Origin: Eubacteriales bacterium
GTDB taxonomy: Bacteria; Bacillota; Clostridia; Monoglobales; Firm-18
Direction: 5' to 3'
Assembly (NCBI GenBank): GCA_028697835.1
Contig: JAQVDK010000002.1
Span: forward strand, 1-56,116
DNA: 56,116 nucleotides
Made by a program: the position numbers and the translations under genes. Positions 1 to 11,248 of this stretch are shown here, piece by piece; position 1 is the first letter of the stretch, and each line of letters starts with the position of its first letter. The notes beneath the pieces were generated by a model. It made no database searches, was not told the origin of the DNA, and worked only from the letters and a program-made list of their open reading frames with translations.

Positions 1-63
1 CAGACTGATATTTGTTAAGCAAGTCAATCACCAACCCCTAAGATTTCTTACCTATATTATATC

Positions 64-111
64 AAAAAAGTGGCAAGAATACCAGCTTTTAGCCGTTATT
101 TTTGCCACTTT
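64..111 (-). terminator. Candidate intrinsic terminator for the proS-birA-lgt transcript
   Basis: On the minus strand GTGGCAA (108-102) pairs with TTGCCAC (76-70) and is followed by TTTTTT (69-64). The 25-nt loop is large, so this is only moderate. Confidence 0.4.
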
Positions 112-123
112 GTCTACAGTCTG

Positions 124-162
124 AGGCTTATCTAACAATGTATGTAGATAAGCCTTTTTTTA
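124..162 (+). terminator. Intrinsic terminator for a plus-strand gene lying off the left edge
   Basis: 11-bp perfect stem AGGCTTATCTA (124-134) / TAGATAAGCCT (145-155) followed by TTTTTTT. It sits just after an open frame that runs in from position 2 and stops at 122-124. Confidence 0.6.
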
Positions 163-996
163 TTATATATCTTTATCTTCTATTGCAATTTCCTCTTTGG
201 TTTGGGAAGATTTTTTTCTGCCCTTGTAAATTAGGTATATTGCGAAAGCCGCTGTTACAATACCTACAATTTGCGAAATTTTAAAGCTTGCATCATAGGG
301 AAGTGAGTCCACCCTAAGCTGTTCAATCCACGACCTTCCTATTCCATACCAAGCTATATACAAAAGAACTATTTCGCCCTCGAATTTCTTTTTGTTTCTG
401 TATATCAAAAGACCGATAAATCCGATTAGGTTCCAAATGCTTTCATACAGAAAAGTTGGGTGGACGCTGACCATTTTACTAAGCTCATCGCTGAAAATTT
501 CCATGCGCCAGGGCAGGTTAGTTTCGCTTCCGTATGCCTCTACATTTACAAAATTGCCCCATCTGCCTATAATTTGCCCGATAAGCAAGCCAAAGGCACC
601 TACATCAAAAAACTTCCTGTAATCAATATTTTTTCTTTGGCAATAGATATACGCAGTGGCAACGCCGCCTATGATTGCGCCATATATGGCAATTCCGCCA
701 CCTCTTATGTTAAATATGTCCAAGAGATTGTCTTTGTATTGATGAAAATTAAAAATAACAAAATAAGCCCTTGCACAGATTATCGAAATCGGCGTTGCAA
801 TAAGAGCCACATCAAGCACATTGTCCGATGAAAGACCTACTCTTTTTGCCTCATAAATTGAAAATGCAACTCCAAGCAAAAGGCCAAGGCCTATAATTAT
901 TCCATACCAATATATTTCCCTTATGCCGATGGTAAAAGCCACCCTGTTGATTTCAAAATACAGCCCAAGACCGGGAAAATTAACTATATTTGTCAT
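163..996 (-). CDS. lgt: Prolipoprotein diacylglyceryl transferase
   Basis: 277-aa polytopic membrane ORF with the Lgt signature GRWGNFVNVEAYG. Its start makes an ATGA overlap with the birA stop. Confidence 0.9.
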   Translation of the reverse strand: MTNIVNFPGLGLYFEINRVAFTIGIREIYWYGIIIGLGLLLGVAFSIYEAKRVGLSSDNVLDVALIATPISIICARAYFVIFNFHQYKDNLLDIFNIRGGGIAIYGAIIGGVATAYIYCQRKNIDYRKFFDVGAFGLLIGQIIGRWGNFVNVEAYGSETNLPWRMEIFSDELSKMVSVHPTFLYESIWNLIGFIGLLIYRNKKKFEGEIVLLYIAWYGIGRSWIEQLRVDSLPYDASFKISQIVGIVTAAFAIYLIYKGRKKSSQTKEEIAIEDKDI

Positions 997-1688
997 GCGT
1001 ACTCACTTCCTCTTATGGAAACCTCACCTGAATTAACAAGTATTGTATCTCCGTCTTTTACAACCTCAAGCTCACCTTTTTCAGTTATGCCCACAGCCTT
1101 CGCAAAATAAAAGCTGTTTGCACAAATTACTTTAACTTCTTTGCCTATGGTTATGGATTTTTGCCTGTATATATTAATTATATCGCTTCTTTCCCCAAGG
1201 GATTGATAACATTCGATTATGCTGTTTAAAACTTCATCACAAGGGGCTTCTTTGCCGGTTATACTATAAATCGAACCTGCGTGGGGAAGGTTGTTTTCCG
1301 TAAAATAGCCGGCAGGCGTATTAACATTAACTCCTATGCCTAAAATAACCTTATCCCCTGTTCCTTCGGCTAAAATACCGCAGATTTTCTTCCCTTCGCT
1401 TACAATATCGTTGGGCCATTTTATACGACAATTAAGGTATTTGGACAGGGTCACGCAAACAGCCACAGCCGCTTTAACAGGCTCAAAAAGCTTTTCTTCA
1501 ACAGTGGGGGCATTGACGGCAATACTCATATAAAGACCGCCCACAGGCGAAGAAAAACTTCTTCCGTTTCGGCCTTTTCCTCCTGTTTGCCGATTTGCCA
1601 CCACCACCGTCCACGGTGGGGCGTTTAGCTTTTTCAAAGTATTGTTTGTAGATACAACGGTATCAAAGCGAAGTACATTATATTTCAT
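993..1688 (-). CDS. birA: Biotin--[acetyl-CoA-carboxylase] ligase, class I (no HTH domain)
   Basis: Has the biotin-ligase motif GKGRNGRSFSSPVGGLYMS. I start it at ATG 1688 ([11 protein letters not shown]), which shares one base with the proS stop (TAATG). The track start at 1739 would overlap proS by 52 nt. There is no N-terminal DNA-binding domain. Confidence 0.85.
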   Translation of the reverse strand: MKYNVLRFDTVVSTNNTLKKLNAPPWTVVVANRQTGGKGRNGRSFSSPVGGLYMSIAVNAPTVEEKLFEPVKAAVAVCVTLSKYLNCRIKWPNDIVSEGKKICGILAEGTGDKVILGIGVNVNTPAGYFTENNLPHAGSIYSITGKEAPCDEVLNSIIECYQSLGERSDIINIYRQKSITIGKEVKVICANSFYFAKAVGITEKGELEVVKDGDTILVNSGEVSIRGSEYA

Positions 1689-3121
1689 TAATATGCCTTG
1701 CCCCAATATACCAAGCTTTTTGCAGGTTTTTTGCAGCATACGCAGGTATCGGCAATCTTCTCCTGCTCAAAAGGTATGCACCTTGATGTGAGGGCAGCCT
1801 CTTCTTTAATTTTTTCTTCGCATGCTACATCCCCGCACCACATAGCACGGAAAAAACCTATTTTTTCATCCGCAAATTTACAAAGCGTGTCAAAGTCAAC
1901 TGCATCGTGTGTATTTTGGTCGCGCATTTGCCTTGCACGCTCTAACATATCCTTTTGAATATCCTGCAAGGTTTTGGAAATCTGCTGCGAAAGCTCGCTA
2001 AGCGGAGTAAATATTTTTTCTCTTGTGTCACGCCTTACAAGAACACATTGGTTTTTCTCAATATCCTTAGGACCTATTTCCAGGCGCAAAGGAACACCAA
2101 GCATTTCATACTGGCTGAATTTCCAACCCGGTGAATTATCTGTATCATCAACCTTAACTCGAAAACCGGTTAAAGAATTTGCTATTTCCCTTGCCTTGTC
2201 CAAAACGCCTTCTTTATGCATGGCTATCGGAATGATAGCAACCTGCGTCGGTGCAACAGCAGGCGGCAGAACAAGACCGTTGTCGTCGCCATGTACCATT
2301 ATAAGCGCACCAATAAGCCTTGTGGATACTCCCCAAGACGTTTGGTGAACGTATTGAAGCTGGTTATTTTTATCGGTATATTGAATGTCGAACGCCTTTG
2401 CAAAGCCATCCCCGAAATAGTGGGACGTGCCGGATTGCAGGGCTTTTCCGTCATGCATCATACTTTCGATTGTGTAAGTTTCAACTGCTCCCGCAAATTT
2501 TTCTTTTTCGGTTTTTTGACCTTTAACAACGGGTATAGCAAGAACTTCCTCGCAAAACTGGGCATAAACATTAAGCATTTTTATGGTTTCTTCCCTTGCC
2601 TCTTCCTCTGTGGCGTGAGCGGTATGTCCTTCCTGCCACAAAAATTCAAGGGAGCGAAGGAAAGGACGGGTGGTTTTTTCCCACCTTACCACGCTGCACC
2701 ATTGGTTATACAGCTTTGGCAAATCTCTGTATGAATGAATTATATTTGCATAATGCTCGCAAAACAGGGTTTCAGATGTAGGTCTTACACAAAGCCTTTC
2801 TTGAAGCTTTTCAGAGCCTCCATGGGTAACCCATGCAACCTCCGGCGCAAAGCCTTCAACATGGTCCTTTTCTTTTTGTAAAAGGCTTTCGGGTATAAAC
2901 ATTGGCATATAAACGTTTTCATGTCCTGTTGCCTTGAAACGCTCGTCAAGGTTTTTTTGTATATTTTCCCATATGGCATAGCCATTGGGGCGTATAACCA
3001 TACATCCGCGAACACTTGAATATTCAATAAGCTCTGCCTTTTTTACAATATCGGTGTACCATTTTGCAAAATCAACATCTCTCGATGTAATTTCTTCAAC
3101 AAACTTTTTTTGGTCTGACAC
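1688..3121 (-). CDS. proS: Proline--tRNA ligase, short archaeal/eukaryote-like type
   Basis: 477-aa class II aaRS. The N-terminus (FAKWYTD...) and the Cys-rich C-terminus ending in WGKAY are typical of ProRS lacking the INS editing domain. GTG start 9 nt after AAAGGGA. Confidence 0.92.
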   Translation of the reverse strand: MSDQKKFVEEITSRDVDFAKWYTDIVKKAELIEYSSVRGCMVIRPNGYAIWENIQKNLDERFKATGHENVYMPMFIPESLLQKEKDHVEGFAPEVAWVTHGGSEKLQERLCVRPTSETLFCEHYANIIHSYRDLPKLYNQWCSVVRWEKTTRPFLRSLEFLWQEGHTAHATEEEAREETIKMLNVYAQFCEEVLAIPVVKGQKTEKEKFAGAVETYTIESMMHDGKALQSGTSHYFGDGFAKAFDIQYTDKNNQLQYVHQTSWGVSTRLIGALIMVHGDDNGLVLPPAVAPTQVAIIPIAMHKEGVLDKAREIANSLTGFRVKVDDTDNSPGWKFSQYEMLGVPLRLEIGPKDIEKNQCVLVRRDTREKIFTPLSELSQQISKTLQDIQKDMLERARQMRDQNTHDAVDFDTLCKFADEKIGFFRAMWCGDVACEEKIKEEAALTSRCIPFEQEKIADTCVCCKKPAKSLVYWGKAY

Positions 3122-3179
3122 AAAAGCCCATCCCTTTCAAATTATTTATATAATATAAACTTAGTTTATTTTATTACAT

Positions 3180-6011
3180 TTACCTTTTCTTGTCAAGGTG
3201 CTGCCTTAAATATTGCCCCGTGTAAGATGAGCTGCACTTTGCAACCTCTTCAGGCGTTCCCGTAGCTACAATGGTTCCTCCTTCGCTTCCGCCTTCCGGA
3301 CCTAAGTCTATAATATAGTCGGCAATTTTAATTACATCCAAATTATGCTCTATTACAAGCACTGTGTTTCCCGTATCCACAAGCTTTTGCAAAACATCAA
3401 TAAGCCTGTGCACATCCGACATATGAAGGCCTGTTGTAGGCTCGTCAAGAATATACAAGGTCTTGCCTGTGCTGCGCTTCGAAAGCTCGGTGGCAAGTTT
3501 TACCCTTTGCGCCTCTCCTCCTGAAAGGGTTGGCGAGGGCTGACCTATTTTTATATAACCAAGACCTACATCCTTTATGGTTTTAAGCTTTCTTGCTATT
3601 CTTGGCACGTTTTCAAAAAATTCCAAACCTTCATCAACTGTCATGTTTAAAATCTGGTCGATATTTTTACCTTTATATAAAACTTCCAGGGTTTCCCTGT
3701 TGTACCGCTTGCCCTTACAAACCTCGCAAGGGACATACACATCGGGCAAAAAGTGCATTTCAATTTTTATAATTCCATCGCCCTGACAAGCTTCGCACCT
3801 TCCGCCTTTTACATTAAAGCTGAATCTTCCTGCCTTGTAGCCCCTCATTTTAGCCTCGTTTGTTGATGCGTACAAATCCCTAATCTCACTGAAAAGCCCC
3901 GTATATGTGGCAGGATTTGAGCGCGGCGTTTTGCCGATGGGAGCCTGATTAATTTCAATAACCTTGTCAAGATGCTCAAGTCCTTTTATCTCGTCATGCT
4001 TGCCTGCTTTCTTTCTTGCACGGTTTAATTCCGTTGCAAGCCGTTTGTAAATAATTTCGTTAACCAGTGAGGACTTGCCGCTTCCCGAAACACCTGTAAT
4101 ACAGGTAAATGTGCCAAGAGGAATGCGTACGTCTATTCCTTTTAAATTGTTTTCCCTGGCACCGATTACCTCAAGCCAGTGCCCATTGCCCTTTCGCCTT
4201 TCTTTTGGGACTTTTATCGCTTTTTTGCCGCTTAAATAAAGGCCTGTTTCGGAATTTTCCACCTTTTTAATATCCTCCACATTGCCTTGTGCCACAACAC
4301 GTCCGCCATTTACGCCTGCACCGGGTCCTATATCTATAATATGGTCGGCAGCATACATTGTGTCCTCGTCATGCTCTACAACAATCAGGGTGTTGCCAAG
4401 GTCACGAAGTCTTTTCAAAGCATCCAAAAGCTTGTCGTTGTCCCGTTGATGCAGACCTATACTGGGCTCGTCGAGGATATATAAAACGCCCATAAGAGAT
4501 GAACCGATTTGTGTTGCAAGGCGGATTCTTTGCGCTTCACCACCCGAAAGCGTGCCTGCAGAACGTGAAAGTGTCAGATAACCAAGTCCAACATTGTCAA
4601 GAAATCCCAATCTTTCGTTTATTTCCTTTAAAATTTGTCTTGCAATTGTTCTTTCCTTTTCGGTAAAGCTTAAATTGCTGAAAAACTCTTTAGCATCACG
4701 AATTGACAGATGTGTAACCTGGTCAATGTTTTTTCCCCCGACAGTAACCGAAAGGACTTCTTTTTTAAGCCTTGCACCGTTACATTCGGCACACGGATTA
4801 TTTGTCATAAGGCTTTCTATTTCCATCTTCATCCACTCGGAATTGGTTTCACGGTATCGGCGCTCCAAATTGTTGATAATACCCTCGAAAGACGCTAAAT
4901 AAGAGCCTTTTCCATACGAGCGCTCATAGTTAAAGGTTATTTTCTTTCCTTTTGTTCCGTAAAGGATAACATCCAAAGCTTCTTTGGGAAGGTCTTTTAC
5001 CGGGGTGTCCAAATCAAAATTATAGTGCTGTGCCAAGCCTTGATAATACATAGCGCTTACGCTGTCGCTGGAGTTGCTTCCCCAACCGGAAGCAACAATT
5101 GCACCTTCGTTTATGGATTTGTTTTTATCCGGAATTACAAGGTCAACATCTATTTTCATCTGATAGCCAAGGCCTGTGCAGGAAGGACATGCCCCATATG
5201 GATTATTAAAGGAAAACATCCTTGGCGACATTTCCTCAACGCTTATGCCGCAGTCATGACAGGCATAATCCTGACTGAACATAATTTCTTCGACTTTTTC
5301 AACAAGGTCAATTATAATAAGCCCGCCCGACTGGTGCATTGCAGTTTCTAAGGAGTCCGTAAGCCTTTTGCCTATGTCGCTTTTTATAATAAGCCTGTCC
5401 ACAACAATTTCAATATTATGCTTTTTATTCTTTTCAAGCTTAATCTCTTCGGTAAGCTCGTGCATAATACCATCTACACGCACACGCACATATCCGCTTT
5501 TTTTGGCATCTTCAAAAACCTTGGCGTGCTCGCCCTTCCTACCCCTTACAATAGGTGCCAAAACCTGAATTTTAGTCCGTTCAGGCAGCGACATGATTTG
5601 GTCCACAATCTGGTCTATGCTCTGCTGCTTTATTTCCTTTCCGCAGTTTGGGCAATGAGGGATACCAACTCTTGCGTATAAAAGACGCAAATAATCATAA
5701 ATTTCCGTTACGGTACCAACAGTCGAACGGGGATTTCTGCTTGTAGTCTTTTGGTCAATGGAAATTGCCGGTGACAACCCCTCGATATAATCCACATCCG
5801 GCTTGTCCATCTGCCCCAAAAACTGCCTTGCATAAGATGACAAGGACTCAATATAGCGCCTTTGACCTTCTGCATATATTGTATCAAAAGCAAGGGACGA
5901 CTTCCCCGAGCCACTAAGGCCCGTTACAACGACCAATTTGTCGCGGGGAATCTCAACATCAATATTTTTTAGGTTGTGAACTCTTGCTCCTTTTATATAA
6001 ATTTTATCCAT
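3180..6011 (-). CDS. uvrA: Excinuclease ABC subunit A
   Basis: Two ABC ATPase modules ([23 protein letters not shown]; LSGGEAQR twice) plus CxxC zinc modules. Start is ATG 6011 (the track start at 6014 is TTG), giving a TGATG overlap with the uvrB stop. Confidence 0.97.
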   Translation of the reverse strand: MDKIYIKGARVHNLKNIDVEIPRDKLVVVTGLSGSGKSSLAFDTIYAEGQRRYIESLSSYARQFLGQMDKPDVDYIEGLSPAISIDQKTTSRNPRSTVGTVTEIYDYLRLLYARVGIPHCPNCGKEIKQQSIDQIVDQIMSLPERTKIQVLAPIVRGRKGEHAKVFEDAKKSGYVRVRVDGIMHELTEEIKLEKNKKHNIEIVVDRLIIKSDIGKRLTDSLETAMHQSGGLIIIDLVEKVEEIMFSQDYACHDCGISVEEMSPRMFSFNNPYGACPSCTGLGYQMKIDVDLVIPDKNKSINEGAIVASGWGSNSSDSVSAMYYQGLAQHYNFDLDTPVKDLPKEALDVILYGTKGKKITFNYERSYGKGSYLASFEGIINNLERRYRETNSEWMKMEIESLMTNNPCAECNGARLKKEVLSVTVGGKNIDQVTHLSIRDAKEFFSNLSFTEKERTIARQILKEINERLGFLDNVGLGYLTLSRSAGTLSGGEAQRIRLATQIGSSLMGVLYILDEPSIGLHQRDNDKLLDALKRLRDLGNTLIVVEHDEDTMYAADHIIDIGPGAGVNGGRVVAQGNVEDIKKVENSETGLYLSGKKAIKVPKERRKGNGHWLEVIGARENNLKGIDVRIPLGTFTCITGVSGSGKSSLVNEIIYKRLATELNRARKKAGKHDEIKGLEHLDKVIEINQAPIGKTPRSNPATYTGLFSEIRDLYASTNEAKMRGYKAGRFSFNVKGGRCEACQGDGIIKIEMHFLPDVYVPCEVCKGKRYNRETLEVLYKGKNIDQILNMTVDEGLEFFENVPRIARKLKTIKDVGLGYIKIGQPSPTLSGGEAQRVKLATELSKRSTGKTLYILDEPTTGLHMSDVHRLIDVLQKLVDTGNTVLVIEHNLDVIKIADYIIDLGPEGGSEGGTIVATGTPEEVAKCSSSYTGQYLRQHLDKKR

Positions 6012-7999
6012 CAAGATTTGTCTTTCCTTTCCTTTGGGTTCGTTTTTTCAAGCTGTTTTTCAAGCTCTCTTATTCTATCTCGAAGCTGGGCTGCCTGCTC
6101 AAACCGCAGCTCAATTGCTGCCAGCTGCATTTCGTCTTTAAGAGCGGATATTTCCCTGGAAATATTTTCCACACCGCTTATCTCTTTTACCTCCGTTTTT
6201 TCCTGTTTGACAGCCTCAATAATATCACGAATGGATTTTTGTATGGTTTTTGGTGTTATGCCATGCTTTTGGTTATAGTCTATTTGCAAGCTGCGTCTGC
6301 GGTTCGTTTCGTCAATTGCCCGCCTCATACTGTCGGTTATTGTATCTGCATACATAATTACACGTCCCTGGCTGTTTCGAGCTGCTCTGCCTATGGTTTG
6401 GATAAGGGATGTTTCGCTCCTTAAAAAGCCTTCCTTGTCTGCGTCCAAGATAACAACCAAGGAAACCTCGGGAAGATCCAAGCCTTCACGCAGCAGATTT
6501 ATTCCTATTAAAACATCAAATACGCCCATGCGCAAATCGCGGATAATCTCCATACGCTCTAAGGTGTCAATATCCGAATGCAAGTAGCGCACCTTTACAC
6601 CCATTTCCTCGAAATAGCTTGTAAGGTCCTCCGCCATTTTTTTCGTAAGGGTGGTAACCAAAACCCTTTCGCCTTTTTCCACGTTTTTTGTTATTTCTCC
6701 GTATAAATCGTCTATTTGACCTTCTATAGGTCGAATTATGATTTCCGGGTCCACAAGGCCGGTAGGGCGGATAACCTGCTCTACAACCCGTGTAGAATGT
6801 TCGTACTCGTAGGCGGACGGGGTTGCGCTGACAAAAACCACCTGATTTATTCTTTCTTCAAATTCCTTGAAATTAAGAGGTCTGTTGTCATAGGCGGACG
6901 GAAGCCTGAAACCAAACTCCACAAGCGAGTCCTTTCTTGCCTTATCCCCGTTATACATTGCTCTAACCTGTGGAATGGTAACGTGGGATTCGTCTATTAC
7001 CAATAAAAAATCGTCGGGGAAATAGTCTATTAAAGTATATGGAGCGCTTCCGGGCTCTCTGCCGCTTATAATTCTGGAATAGTTTTCTATTCCTTGGCAA
7101 AAGCCCACCTCCCGAAGCATCTCTATGTCATACATAGTTCTTTCCCGTATTCTTTGAGCCTCTATAAGCTTGTTGTTGTCATAAAAATATTTTTCCCTCT
7201 CCTCAAGTTCCCGTTTGATTTCTTCAATGGCACGTTCCATCTTTGCCTTTGTGGTAACATAGTGGGAATTTGGGTATATGGCAACGTGGTTTCGGGTTCC
7301 GAAAACTTCGCCTGTCAAAACATCTATTTCCGATATCCGGTCGATTTCGTCGCCAAAAAATTCTATTCTTACGGCACGTTCCGATTGGTTGGCAGGAAAA
7401 ACCTCCAAAACATCGCCACGCACCCTGAATTTTCCTCTTGTAAAATTTATGTCGTTTCGCTCGTACTGAATTTCTACCAATTTTTCCAAAACTTCATCAC
7501 GGTCATAAATGCTTCCTTGACGCAGTGAAACTACAAGCTCCTTGTAATCCTCGGGGTCGCCAAGACCGTAAATACAGCTAACACTGGCAACTATTATAAC
7601 ATCTCTTCTTTCAAAAAGAGAAAAGGTTGCCGAGTGCCGAAGCTTGTCTATTTCTTCGTTAATTGAAGCGTCTTTTTCGATATATGTGTCTGTAGATGGT
7701 ATATATGCCTCGGGCTGGTAATAATCGTAATAACTGACAAAATACTCCACCGCATTTTCGGGAAAAAACTCTTTAAATTCACTGCATAGCTGAGCTGCCA
7801 AGGTTTTATTATGCGCCAAAACCAAAGTGGGCCTTTGCACCTTTTGAATAACATTTGCAATTGTAAAGGTCTTCCCGCTTCCGGTTACACCCAAAAGAGT
7901 TTGAGCCCTATCGCCCGCTGTGATTCCTTTTGAAAGCTGCTCTATGGCTTTGGGTTGGTCACCCTTTGGCTTATATTCCGACAACAGCTTAAATTTCAT
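6011..7999 (-). CDS. uvrB: Excinuclease ABC subunit B
   Basis: Has [12 protein letters not shown], helicase C motifs and a C-terminal UVR coiled coil. ATG 7999 ([16 protein letters not shown]) follows AGGTGA. The track GTG at 8008 lies inside that RBS. Confidence 0.97.
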   Translation of the reverse strand: MKFKLLSEYKPKGDQPKAIEQLSKGITAGDRAQTLLGVTGSGKTFTIANVIQKVQRPTLVLAHNKTLAAQLCSEFKEFFPENAVEYFVSYYDYYQPEAYIPSTDTYIEKDASINEEIDKLRHSATFSLFERRDVIIVASVSCIYGLGDPEDYKELVVSLRQGSIYDRDEVLEKLVEIQYERNDINFTRGKFRVRGDVLEVFPANQSERAVRIEFFGDEIDRISEIDVLTGEVFGTRNHVAIYPNSHYVTTKAKMERAIEEIKRELEEREKYFYDNNKLIEAQRIRERTMYDIEMLREVGFCQGIENYSRIISGREPGSAPYTLIDYFPDDFLLVIDESHVTIPQVRAMYNGDKARKDSLVEFGFRLPSAYDNRPLNFKEFEERINQVVFVSATPSAYEYEHSTRVVEQVIRPTGLVDPEIIIRPIEGQIDDLYGEITKNVEKGERVLVTTLTKKMAEDLTSYFEEMGVKVRYLHSDIDTLERMEIIRDLRMGVFDVLIGINLLREGLDLPEVSLVVILDADKEGFLRSETSLIQTIGRAARNSQGRVIMYADTITDSMRRAIDETNRRRSLQIDYNQKHGITPKTIQKSIRDIIEAVKQEKTEVKEISGVENISREISALKDEMQLAAIELRFEQAAQLRDRIRELEKQLEKTNPKERKDKS

Positions 8000-8022
8000 A
8001 TTTTTCACCTACCCATTTAATC

Positions 8023-8051
8023 ATTATACCACAAGGCAGGCAGCCATTCAA
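8023..8051 (-). promoter_or_regulatory. Sigma-A-type promoter candidate for uvrBA
   Basis: Minus strand reads TTGAAT (8051-8046), a 17-nt spacer, then TGG-TATAAT (8028-8023, extended -10). Confidence 0.5.
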
Positions 8052-8103
8052 CATATTTTGTTCAAAATATTTCATTCAAATTCTAAAGCTTCTGCGCCAA
8101 ATG

Positions 8104-8132
8104 TTGACTTATAAGCCAAATAAAGGTATAAT
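8104..8132 (+). promoter_or_regulatory. Sigma-A-type promoter candidate for the 8168-10063 operon
   Basis: TTGACT (8104-8109), exactly 17 nt, TATAAT (8127-8132). It lies 35 nt upstream of the ATG at 8168. Confidence 0.55.
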
Positions 8133-8167
8133 ATATTTTGGAAATTTAAAGCCAAAGGAGTATTAAT

Positions 8168-8560
8168 ATGAATCGTTTAAGGCATTGGCTTATGGGACGG
8201 TACGGGTATGATGAGCTTGGCGCGGCTCTTTTAATATTTGCTGTTTTGATGATGTTTGTTGCAAGCCTGACGGAAATTGTATTTTTTATGTCTCTTGGCT
8301 TTGCGCTTTTCTTTTTTGCGGCTTTCAGATTTTTCTCAAGAGATATGTATAGGCGAAAGCTTGAAAACGACCGTTTTTTAAGGCGCTGGCTGCCGGCAAG
8401 GGCCTTTTGCGTTAAAAAAATTGGTTCTATTAAAAAAAGAATACAATATAAATATTTTAAATGCCCTTTTTGTGGGCTTGACCTTCGGGCGCCTCGAAAA
8501 AAAGGAAAAATTACGGTAACATGCAACAGGTGCAAAAGTAAGTTCGGTCAAAAGACTTAA
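8168..8560 (+). CDS. Hypothetical membrane protein with C-terminal zinc-ribbon
   Basis: 130 aa with RBS AAAGGAG 7 nt upstream. It has two hydrophobic helices, then CPFCG...CNRC (CxxC-x18-CxxC). I cannot assign a family. Confidence 0.6.
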   Translation: MNRLRHWLMGRYGYDELGAALLIFAVLMMFVASLTEIVFFMSLGFALFFFAAFRFFSRDMYRRKLENDRFLRRWLPARAFCVKKIGSIKKRIQYKYFKCPFCGLDLRAPRKKGKITVTCNRCKSKFGQKT

Positions 8561-8576
8561 AAACGGAGGACACGTC

Positions 8577-9236
8577 ATGGATCTGCTAAAAGTCATAAGG
8601 ACTGCGGCATTTTTATTATTCATACTTTTACTGGCGGTTTCGTTTGTATATTTTCAAAATTTTTCTTGGGAAAATTTATGGGGCGATTTGTATTCGGAGC
8701 CTGTTTTTGCAGCATTTATTTTAATAGGCTTTTATATGGTAAAAATTGCTTTGTTTTTTATACCTATACAAATGCTTTTTGCAGGCGCAGGTTTTCTGTT
8801 TAAGCTACCCATGGCATTTGCAATTTCATACCTGGGTCTTTGTATCGAGCATGCCATAGGCTTTTTGCTTGGACGCTATGTGGGGAAAGACTTTATCATT
8901 AATTCCATGGAAAAATACAGGGCATCCAACTGGCTCCTGGAATCTGCCAGGAAGAACAGCAGCTTTGCCGCTTTTGTGATACGGCTTTTGCCGGGACCGC
9001 CCACCGAGCTTACAAACATGTTTTTCGGCTCTTTGGATATGAGGTTTCCAAAATACCTTGTTTGTTCCCTTTTAGGAACAACTCCGGGAATGATTCTTTC
9101 AATACTTATGGGCAAGGCCATTATCAAACCCGCATCAAAGGACTTTCTTATTCCGCTTTTTATAAACCTGGCACTTCCGGCTGTTGCAACTGTTTTTTAC
9201 TATTTGGTAAAACAAAATCAAAAGCATAGGAGCTGA
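8577..9236 (+). CDS. TVP38/TMEM64 (DedA-superfamily, SNARE-associated) membrane protein
   Basis: 219-aa polytopic protein with the family-typical RLLPGPPTELTNMFFG segment. RBS GGAGGA lies 6 nt upstream, and the gene starts 16 nt after the previous one. Confidence 0.75.
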   Translation: MDLLKVIRTAAFLLFILLLAVSFVYFQNFSWENLWGDLYSEPVFAAFILIGFYMVKIALFFIPIQMLFAGAGFLFKLPMAFAISYLGLCIEHAIGFLLGRYVGKDFIINSMEKYRASNWLLESARKNSSFAAFVIRLLPGPPTELTNMFFGSLDMRFPKYLVCSLLGTTPGMILSILMGKAIIKPASKDFLIPLFINLALPAVATVFYYLVKQNQKHRS

Positions 9237-9241
9237 TATAT

Positions 9242-10063
9242 GTGAACATATTGGTCACATTGGACGAAAATTACATCCCTCCCCTTAAAGTTATGTTGTG
9301 GTCATTGTTTTTCAATAATCCGGGTTGTGATTTTAAAGTATATCTTCTTCACTCTTCAATTCCAGAAAACAGCCTTAGAAGTCTTAGAAGGTTTGTTGAA
9401 AACAACGGTCAAAAGCTATTTCCTATACAAATAGACAACAACTATTTTGAAAATGCACCTGTTGTCATGCATTATACCAAAGAAATGTACTACCGCCTTT
9501 TGGCGTATAAATTTTTGCCCCAGGATATGAATAAAATTTTATATTTGGACCCTGATATTCTAATCATAAACAGCATCAGGGAGCTTTATAATATGGATAT
9601 ATCAGACAACCTCTTTGCTGCAGCCTTCCATAAAAGAGTTCCGATAAAAGAAATCAACAAGCTGCGCCTTAAGGCTTATGAAATGGAGGAATATTTTAAT
9701 TCCGGCGTTCTGCTTATGAATTTGGAGCTTCAGCGTAAAGAAATTGACGAGGGCGAAATCTTCAAATATGTTGAAAAAAACAAGGCTCGGTTGGTTTTGC
9801 CCGACCAGGATATCTTAAACGCTTTGTTTGCTAAAAGAATAAAAGCATTAGATGAGTTTAAATATAATTTTGATACAAGGTATTATAAATATGCCAGACT
9901 TTTAAACAGCAAGGCAATAAACATGGAGTATATCATAAAAAATACGGTCATACTGCATTTTTGCGGCAAGAAAAAGCCTTGGAAGAAAAACTATAGTGGA
10001 AAGTTTCACTCCCTGTACCAGCATTATATTGCGCTTTCTCAAAGGCAGTGTTTGAAGCATTAG
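9242..10063 (+). CDS. Glycosyltransferase family 8 (retaining hexosyltransferase)
   Basis: Has GT8 motifs: LDENYIPP near the N-terminus, the DxD motif YLDPDILI, and NSGVLLMNL. GTG start 9 nt after AGGAG. The only ATG here (9240) is out of frame and reads ATG-TGA. Confidence 0.8.
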   Translation: MNILVTLDENYIPPLKVMLWSLFFNNPGCDFKVYLLHSSIPENSLRSLRRFVENNGQKLFPIQIDNNYFENAPVVMHYTKEMYYRLLAYKFLPQDMNKILYLDPDILIINSIRELYNMDISDNLFAAAFHKRVPIKEINKLRLKAYEMEEYFNSGVLLMNLELQRKEIDEGEIFKYVEKNKARLVLPDQDILNALFAKRIKALDEFKYNFDTRYYKYARLLNSKAINMEYIIKNTVILHFCGKKKPWKKNYSGKFHSLYQHYIALSQRQCLKH

Positions 10064-10083
10064 CTTCAAACACTGCCTTTTTA
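10042..10083 (+). terminator. Strong intrinsic terminator after the GT8 gene
   Basis: 17-bp perfect stem AAGGCAGTGTTTGAAGC / GCTTCAAACACTGCCTT with loop ATTA, then TTTTT. The stem engulfs the TAG stop codon. Confidence 0.8.
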
Positions 10084-10150
10084 ATATCACATATTAAATT
10101 AGATTTCATAATATAAAGTAAGATAATATAATTGGGACAGGTGATAAAAA

Positions 10151-11248
10151 TTGAATAAATATAAAGTTTGTGTCTATGCCATATGCAAAAACGAGGAAAA
10201 GTTTGTTGATGCTTGGGTAGATTCCATGAGCGAAGCGGACCTTATTGTTGTTACGGATACCGGCTCTACAGACAAAACCGTGGAAAAGCTGCGGAAAAAG
10301 GGCGTGATTGTTTACAGTGAGGAAATAAAACCGTGGAGGTTTGATGTGGCAAGAAACATTTCCCTTGGCCACGTCCCCGAGGACGTGGACATTTGCGTAT
10401 GCACCGACCTTGACGAGCTTTTTCAAAAGGGCTGGAGAAAGCTTTTGGAGGATAAATGGAGTCCCGAAGTTACCATGGCAAATTATATGTATAACTGGAG
10501 CCATAAGGCAGATGGAACCCCTGATGTGCAAATCAACTATTTTAAAGTACATTCCCGCTTTGACTATAAGTGGCAGTATCCTATCCACGAATGCCTTAAA
10601 TACATTGGCAAAGGCCCTGAAAAAAAGGTGTTTGTGGAAGGTATGATTTTAGACCACTATCCCGACCCTGCAAAATCACGCGGTTCTTATTTAGGGCTTT
10701 TGGAGCTGGCGGTAAAAGAATCTCCGGAAGATGACAGAATGATGTATTATCTTGGCAGGGAATACATGTATAAAGGTATGTGGGAAAAATGTATCGAAAC
10801 ATTGAAAAAGCACCTTTCCTTGAAAAATGCTGTGTGGCGTGAGGAAAGATGCGCTTCCATGAGATGGATTGCACGCTCCTTCCACGAACTTAAAAACCCG
10901 TCAGAGTCCCTTTGCTGGTATTACCGGGCAATAGCAGAGTGCCCATATATGCGCGAGCCTTATATAGAATGCGCCCAAAAAGCGTATTTGTGGCATGAGT
11001 GGCATATTGTATATTTTATGGTGGAGCAGGCACTTAAAATTACGCAAAAATCTATGACCTACACAAACATGGGCTATTGCTGGAACCATACTCCATATGA
11101 TTTGGGCGCAATTAGCTGCTATCACCTTGGACTGCTTGAAAAGTCAAGGGAATACGCAAAGCAGGCGCTTTCCCTTGACCCAAAGAACGAAAGGCTTCGC
11201 AATAATCTTAAAATAATAGAAGAAAAACTTGAAAAAGTGGGCTGTTAG
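10151..11248 (+). CDS. Glycosyltransferase family 2 domain fused to C-terminal TPR-like repeats
   Basis: The N-terminus VCVYAICKNEEKFV...VVTDTGSTDKT and CTDLDE (DxD) are typical of GT2. The C-terminal 170 aa are helical-repeat/TPR-like (YYLGREYMYKGMWEKCIETLKK...). TTG start 6 nt after AGGTGA; there is no in-frame ATG before the conserved N-terminus. Confidence 0.72.
   Translation: MNKYKVCVYAICKNEEKFVDAWVDSMSEADLIVVTDTGSTDKTVEKLRKKGVIVYSEEIKPWRFDVARNISLGHVPEDVDICVCTDLDELFQKGWRKLLEDKWSPEVTMANYMYNWSHKADGTPDVQINYFKVHSRFDYKWQYPIHECLKYIGKGPEKKVFVEGMILDHYPDPAKSRGSYLGLLELAVKESPEDDRMMYYLGREYMYKGMWEKCIETLKKHLSLKNAVWREERCASMRWIARSFHELKNPSESLCWYYRAIAECPYMREPYIECAQKAYLWHEWHIVYFMVEQALKITQKSMTYTNMGYCWNHTPYDLGAISCYHLGLLEKSREYAKQALSLDPKNERLRNNLKIIEEKLEKVGC

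Noticed and set aside
2-124. Open frame entering from the left edge (…WQEYQLLAVIFATLSTV, stop 122-124), and a 7-nt inverted repeat CAGACTG (1-7) / CAGTCTG (115-121).
   Set aside because: Only 40 codons are visible and there is no recognisable motif. It may be the 3' end of a real plus-strand gene, since a strong terminator follows, but this cannot be supported from the fragment.
102-284. 60-aa plus-strand ORF spanning the terminators and the lgt 3' end.
   Set aside because: It has a TTG start inside a terminator stem and no RBS, and it overlaps lgt antisense.
8049-8063. LexA/DinR-like palindrome (minus strand GAAC-AAAATAT-GTTG) overlapping the -35 of the uvrB promoter.
   Set aside because: The Firmicute SOS box is GAAC-N4-GTTC. 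This one has a 7-nt spacer and an imperfect right arm, so it does not fit. I saw no better box upstream of uvrBA.
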